From: Thermoanaerobaculia bacterium
GTDB lineage: Bacteria; Acidobacteriota; Thermoanaerobaculia; UBA5066
Length of the DNA stretch: 64,000 nucleotides
Direction: 5' to 3'
NCBI GenBank assembly: GCA_963719225.1
Contig: CAVRAY010000001.1
Location: 2,688,001 to 2,752,000, forward strand
Shown here: in pieces, positions 60,410 to 64,000 of the stretch
Numbering within the stretch: the first letter of the stretch is position 1
Layout: every line of letters starts with the position of its first letter
The notes under the pieces: model-generated
What the model was told of the DNA's origin: nothing
Databases searched by the model: none
What the model saw: the letters and a program-made list of their open reading frames with translations, nothing else
Translations under genes and position numbers: made by a program

Positions 60410-60910
60410 TCAGCCGGAGCTCGGATGGGCGTCTCCCGCTTCGCCTCGAAGCGTGGCGATCGCATGCGGAAGCACGGAGGCCACGGCCTCGAGACACTCC
60501 ACGGCGCCGCGTGGAGAGCCCGGGAGGTTCACGATGAGCGTGCGCCCGCACACGGCCGCGACCTGCCGCGACAGGATCGCCGTGGGGACGGCCCTCCGAC
60601 TCGCATCCCGCATCGCCTCCGCGAGGCCGGGAACGTCGTAATCGAGGATGTCCCGCGTCGCCTGGGGCGTCACGTCGCGCGGAGAGAGGCCCGTGCCGCC
60701 CGTCGTGAGCACGAGTTCGGCGGCGCCGGTGTCGGCGAGTCGCTTGAGGTTCCACGCGATGTCCTCGCGCTCGTCGGGCAGGATCGTCCGCTCCACGACG
60801 ACGGCGCCGGGCAGCAGACGCAGCACTCCCTCGGCTACGGCGGGCCCGCTCTTGTCGGCGCGCTCGCCGTGGTACGACCGATCCGAGATCGTCAGGATCG
60901 CGACGCGCAC
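60410..60910 (-). CDS. Molybdopterin adenylyltransferase MogA/MoaB family
   Basis: ILTISDR, DKSG, TTGGTGLSPRDVTP, NLPGSP. Confidence 0.92.
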   Translation of the reverse strand: MRVAILTISDRSYHGERADKSGPAVAEGVLRLLPGAVVVERTILPDEREDIAWNLKRLADTGAAELVLTTGGTGLSPRDVTPQATRDILDYDVPGLAEAMRDASRRAVPTAILSRQVAAVCGRTLIVNLPGSPRGAVECLEAVASVLPHAIATLRGEAGDAHPSSG

Positions 60911-60917
60911 GGCGCCA

Positions 60918-61931
60918 TCAGCCGCCGATCTCGCTCATGTTGCGGGCATGAAGGGGCAGCGTCGCCTTGTTCATCCCGACGAACATGGGGTGCCGCTCTT
61001 CCTTGATCGTGGCCGCGCGGATCACGAGCGCGCGCAGCTCTTCGTCGCTCGCTCCCGCGCGCATCGGCTTCAGGAGGTCCACGTCCGCGTGTCCGAAGAG
61101 ACAGCCCTTGAGGAAGCCGTCCTGCGTGAGGCGCATGCGGTTGCAGGTGTCGCAGAACCTGTCCGAGACCGGCGTGATGAAACCGATCGAGCCCGTATGC
61201 GCGCCGGCGGGCGACGTGACCGAATACTCGTCTGCGGGTCCGGCCACGAGCGTCTTCGAGATCGGCGTGAGGACGTAGCCGGCGGCGGCGAGGCGGTCCC
61301 ACACCTCCTCCCACCCCACCCAGTCGGATTCCTTCCAGTCGTTGTCGCCGAACGGCATGAACTCGATGAAGCGCACGCCGAGCTTCTTGTCCTTCGTCAT
61401 CGCCGCGAGCGGAAGGATCTGATCGTCGTTCAGGCCGCGGATGACGACCGCGTTGATCTTGATGGAGTCGAACGGGAGCGAAAGGGCGAGGGCGATCGAA
61501 TCGACGACCGGCTTGAAGTGGTCGCGCCGCGTCATTTTTCGGAAATGCTCGGCTTCGGCCGCGTCCAGAGAGACGTTCACCTTCGTGAGGCCCGCCGCGA
61601 GAAGGTCGTGCGCCATCCTCGGAAAGAGGACGCCGTTCGTCGACATCGCGATCCCGCCCGGAAATCCGATTTCGGCCAGGTCGCGCACGATGTCCACGAG
61701 ATCGGGACGCGTCGTGGGCTCCCCGCCCGTGATGCGGATCTTCTCGACGCCGAAATCCGCGAGGAGGCGCGCCGTACGGCGGATCTCGTCGCGCGAGAGG
61801 AGGTGCGGCAGCGGCCGGAACTTCTGGTCCTCCGGCATGCAGTAGATGCAGCGAAGGTTGCACCGGTCGGTGACGGAGATGCGAACGTAGGTGATGCGGC
61901 GTCCGTGCCCGTCGATGAGCGCCCGCTCCAT
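60918..61931 (-). CDS. moaA: GTP 3',8-cyclase (radical SAM)
   Basis: RISVTDRCNLRCIYCM, TGGEP, IEFMP, FCDTCNR..C, C-terminal IGG. Confidence 0.97.
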   Translation of the reverse strand: MERALIDGHGRRITYVRISVTDRCNLRCIYCMPEDQKFRPLPHLLSRDEIRRTARLLADFGVEKIRITGGEPTTRPDLVDIVRDLAEIGFPGGIAMSTNGVLFPRMAHDLLAAGLTKVNVSLDAAEAEHFRKMTRRDHFKPVVDSIALALSLPFDSIKINAVVIRGLNDDQILPLAAMTKDKKLGVRFIEFMPFGDNDWKESDWVGWEEVWDRLAAAGYVLTPISKTLVAGPADEYSVTSPAGAHTGSIGFITPVSDRFCDTCNRMRLTQDGFLKGCLFGHADVDLLKPMRAGASDEELRALVIRAATIKEERHPMFVGMNKATLPLHARNMSEIGG

Positions 61932-61957
61932 GCCGCCTCCCTGAGATCGAGTCTAGC

Positions 61958-62485
61958 TCAGCCGGTCTCTCCCCGCCGCCACCTTCCGCTCTTGCCGCCC
62001 GTTTTCTCGAGGAGGGCGATTTCGCGGATCTCGATGCCCTTGTCCGCCGCCTTGCACATGTCGTACAGCGCGAGCGCCGCGGCGGAGGCCGCGACGAGCG
62101 CTTCCATCTCGTATCCGGTCTTTCCGGTTCCCCTGACCTCGGTCGTGATCTCGACCGCCCACGCCCGACGGCGGGGCTCCAGGCGCACGGCGACCGAGTC
62201 GAACGCGAGCGGATGGCAGAGCGGGATCCACTCGGCCGTGCGCTTGGCCGCCTGGATCCCCGCGAGGCGCGCGACGGCGAGAGCGTCGCCCTTCCGGTTC
62301 ATGGCGGAATCGAGCGAGAGGAAGGCGGTGCTTCCGAGGGACACGAGGGCGCGGGCGCGAGCCGTGCGAACGGTCAGCCGCTTGGACGAGACGTCCACCA
62401 TGCGGGCGCGCCCCTCAGCGTCGAGGTGACTGAGCGGCCGTGCCAGACGGTCCGTCCGCCGGGACTTCGCTTTGGAGCGCTTCAT
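61958..62485 (-). CDS. moaC: Cyclic pyranopterin monophosphate synthase
   Basis: LSHLD, MVDVS, KGD, IPLCHPL, TGYEMEAL, YDMCKA, KTGGKSG. Confidence 0.96.
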   Translation of the reverse strand: MKRSKAKSRRTDRLARPLSHLDAEGRARMVDVSSKRLTVRTARARALVSLGSTAFLSLDSAMNRKGDALAVARLAGIQAAKRTAEWIPLCHPLAFDSVAVRLEPRRRAWAVEITTEVRGTGKTGYEMEALVAASAAALALYDMCKAADKGIEIREIALLEKTGGKSGRWRRGETG

Positions 62486-63047
62486 ATTCCTCCGGGGTGT
62501 TGACGTTGAAGAAACCGGACGGAGAGCCGCCCGCCATCGCAGCCGTGACTTCCTCCGGAATGAGGACCGCGTGAAACGAAAGGAGCGCGGCGACGAGGGA
62601 GTAATCGCCGGCCTCGAGACGTGCGCGGAGCGGCGCGAGCGCGGAGCGCCTCCAGACGGCGCACAGCGGCTGCGGCCGCCCGCCCGAAACCGGCACCACG
62701 GCGGGAGCGTGAATCGCCTCGGCGACGTCGAGCAGAGCCGCGAGAAAGGACTCCGGACAGCGCGGCACGTCCGCCGCGAGGACGAGGTTCGTCTCCTCCG
62801 GCGAGAACGCCAGCGCCGTCGCGACGCCGAACGCCGCGGCGACTTCGGGTGCCTCGTCGGTCACGTAGGGAAAGCGCGAGTCGGCGAAGGCTTCGGGGTC
62901 CTTCCCGACGAGTGCGACGCGCCCGCAGACGACTGCCAGCTTCTCCGCCTGATGGAGAGCCATCGGAACCCCCCGGTAAGGCAGGCGCGTCTTGTCGCGG
63001 CCCATCCGCGCCGAGCGACCGCCCACGAGGACAAACCCGTATGGCAT
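62415..63047 (-). CDS. mobA: Molybdenum cofactor guanylyltransferase
   Basis: LVGGRSARMGRDK, AADVP, QPLCAVW, FFNVNTPEE. Confidence 0.88.
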   Translation of the reverse strand: MPYGFVLVGGRSARMGRDKTRLPYRGVPMALHQAEKLAVVCGRVALVGKDPEAFADSRFPYVTDEAPEVAAAFGVATALAFSPEETNLVLAADVPRCPESFLAALLDVAEAIHAPAVVPVSGGRPQPLCAVWRRSALAPLRARLEAGDYSLVAALLSFHAVLIPEEVTAAMAGGSPSGFFNVNTPEEYEALQSEVPADGPSGTAAQSPRR

Positions 63048-63056
63048 CGTGGCGGG

Positions 63057-63806
63057 ATGCTACCGCCTTCGCCGGGGCCCGCTCGCATCGCGGTCATCGT
63101 TCCGCTGGCGGCCGGCGAAGCAGCGCCACCGGAGATTTTCTTCGAAAGGGTGCTGGGAGCGGAGAAACCCGTTTCACTCGTCGTGGCGGCGGATTCGGAG
63201 ATTTCTTCGAATGTCCGTGAGGCCTTCGCGCGGGCGGGCGCCCGTGTTCACATCTCTACGGCTCCACGCGGACAGCGCCTGCGCGAGGCCGCTCTCTTCA
63301 CCTTCAAAGATTCTTCTCCCTCGTCCTCGTCTTCCTCCTCCTCTTCACCAGAAACTTCTGTCTTCCTCTTTCTCCACGCCGACACACTTCTGCCTCAGCG
63401 CTGGGAGAAGGCCGTCCGCGACGCGATCGCTTCGGGCGCCGTCGGCGGCGCGTTCCGGCTGTCCTTCTCCGGCGGCGGAGCGCGCATGAGGTGGGTCGCG
63501 TTCTGGGCGAACGCCCGCAGCGCGTTCACACGCGTGCCGTACGGCGACCAGGCTCCCTTCGTACGGAATGACGTCTACGAGAGGCTCGGCGGCCATCCGC
63601 CCTGGCCGCTTCTCGACGACTGGGATTTCGCGAGGAGGCTCAGGAACGAGGGTCGGATAATGATCCTCGAGAACGCGGTCGAAACTTCGCCCCGGCGCTA
63701 TCTCGAGCGTGGCGTCGCCCGCACGATCTGGAAGAACTGGAAGACGCTTTGGCGTTTCCGGAGGGGCGCGACGCCGGAAGAGCTCGCGCGGGAGTACCGG
63801 AGGTAG
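63057..63806 (+). CDS. Family-2 glycosyltransferase (TIGR04283-like) with Ser-rich insertion
   Basis: FLHADT, GGAFRL, PYGDQ, TSPRR motifs. ATG at 63057; N-terminus is divergent. Confidence 0.75.
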   Translation: MLPPSPGPARIAVIVPLAAGEAAPPEIFFERVLGAEKPVSLVVAADSEISSNVREAFARAGARVHISTAPRGQRLREAALFTFKDSSPSSSSSSSSSPETSVFLFLHADTLLPQRWEKAVRDAIASGAVGGAFRLSFSGGGARMRWVAFWANARSAFTRVPYGDQAPFVRNDVYERLGGHPPWPLLDDWDFARRLRNEGRIMILENAVETSPRRYLERGVARTIWKNWKTLWRFRRGATPEELAREYRR

Positions 63807-63808
63807 TC

Positions 63809-64000
63809 TCACTTCTTCGTCGCCGCAGGCCCCTTCTGCCGTGAGAGCTCAGCGTCGAAGCCGGGAAGGATGGCCCGGAAGAACGCGTTCTCGATGAGGC
63901 GGACGATGATCTCGAGCGTGCTCGCGTGCGCGGTGTCGACGGGCCCCACGACGCGCGCCTTCGTGGCGACTTCGTTCCGCTGGCGGTTCTCGAGCAGCTT
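63809..64000 (-). CDS. C-terminus of a probable DUF748-family protein (partial)
   Basis: Manual translation: KLLENRQRNEVATKARVVGPVD...IIVRLIENAFFRAILPGFD...KK-stop. Confidence 0.55.
   Translation of the reverse strand, partial: KLLENRQRNEVATKARVVGPVDTAHASTLEIIVRLIENAFFRAILPGFDAELSRQKGPAATKK

Overview
This is a GC-rich bacterial chromosome window, most likely Acidobacteriota. The assignment is inferred from the Cys-rich insertion near the RpoB N-terminus and the rplM-rpsI-rpsB linkage. Positions 1-40.6 kb are an almost continuous minus-strand transcription/translation supercluster: rplM-rpsI-rpsB-tsf-pyrH-frr-ispD-ispF-rlmB, five tRNAs, secE-nusG-rplKAJL-rpoBC, then the str, S10 and spc operons to map. 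It is interrupted by a ~5 kb accessory block (squalene synthase-like gene, esterase-like gene, VapBC module, PIN remnant). Positions 40.8-64 kb hold housekeeping genes (folD, coaE, rdgB, a cyclase, argF/arcA, purB, rlpA, ddl, serA, Moco genes), a NamZ-MobB fusion and a broken collagen-like surface gene. The most striking unexplained signal is a dispersed, AT-rich ~20-bp motif (consensus about GAAGATTT(T)CTTnGAAGGKGAA). About 16 copies were found by eye in 7 clusters, often as oppositely oriented pairs. They sit mostly in ribosomal-protein extensions, in-frame insertions, gene ends and a domain-fusion junction. Also notable are a 20-residue insertion in the exit-tunnel hairpin of L22 and an EF-Tu lacking the canonical RGITI effector motif. 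All calls come from manual reading; no database searches were run.
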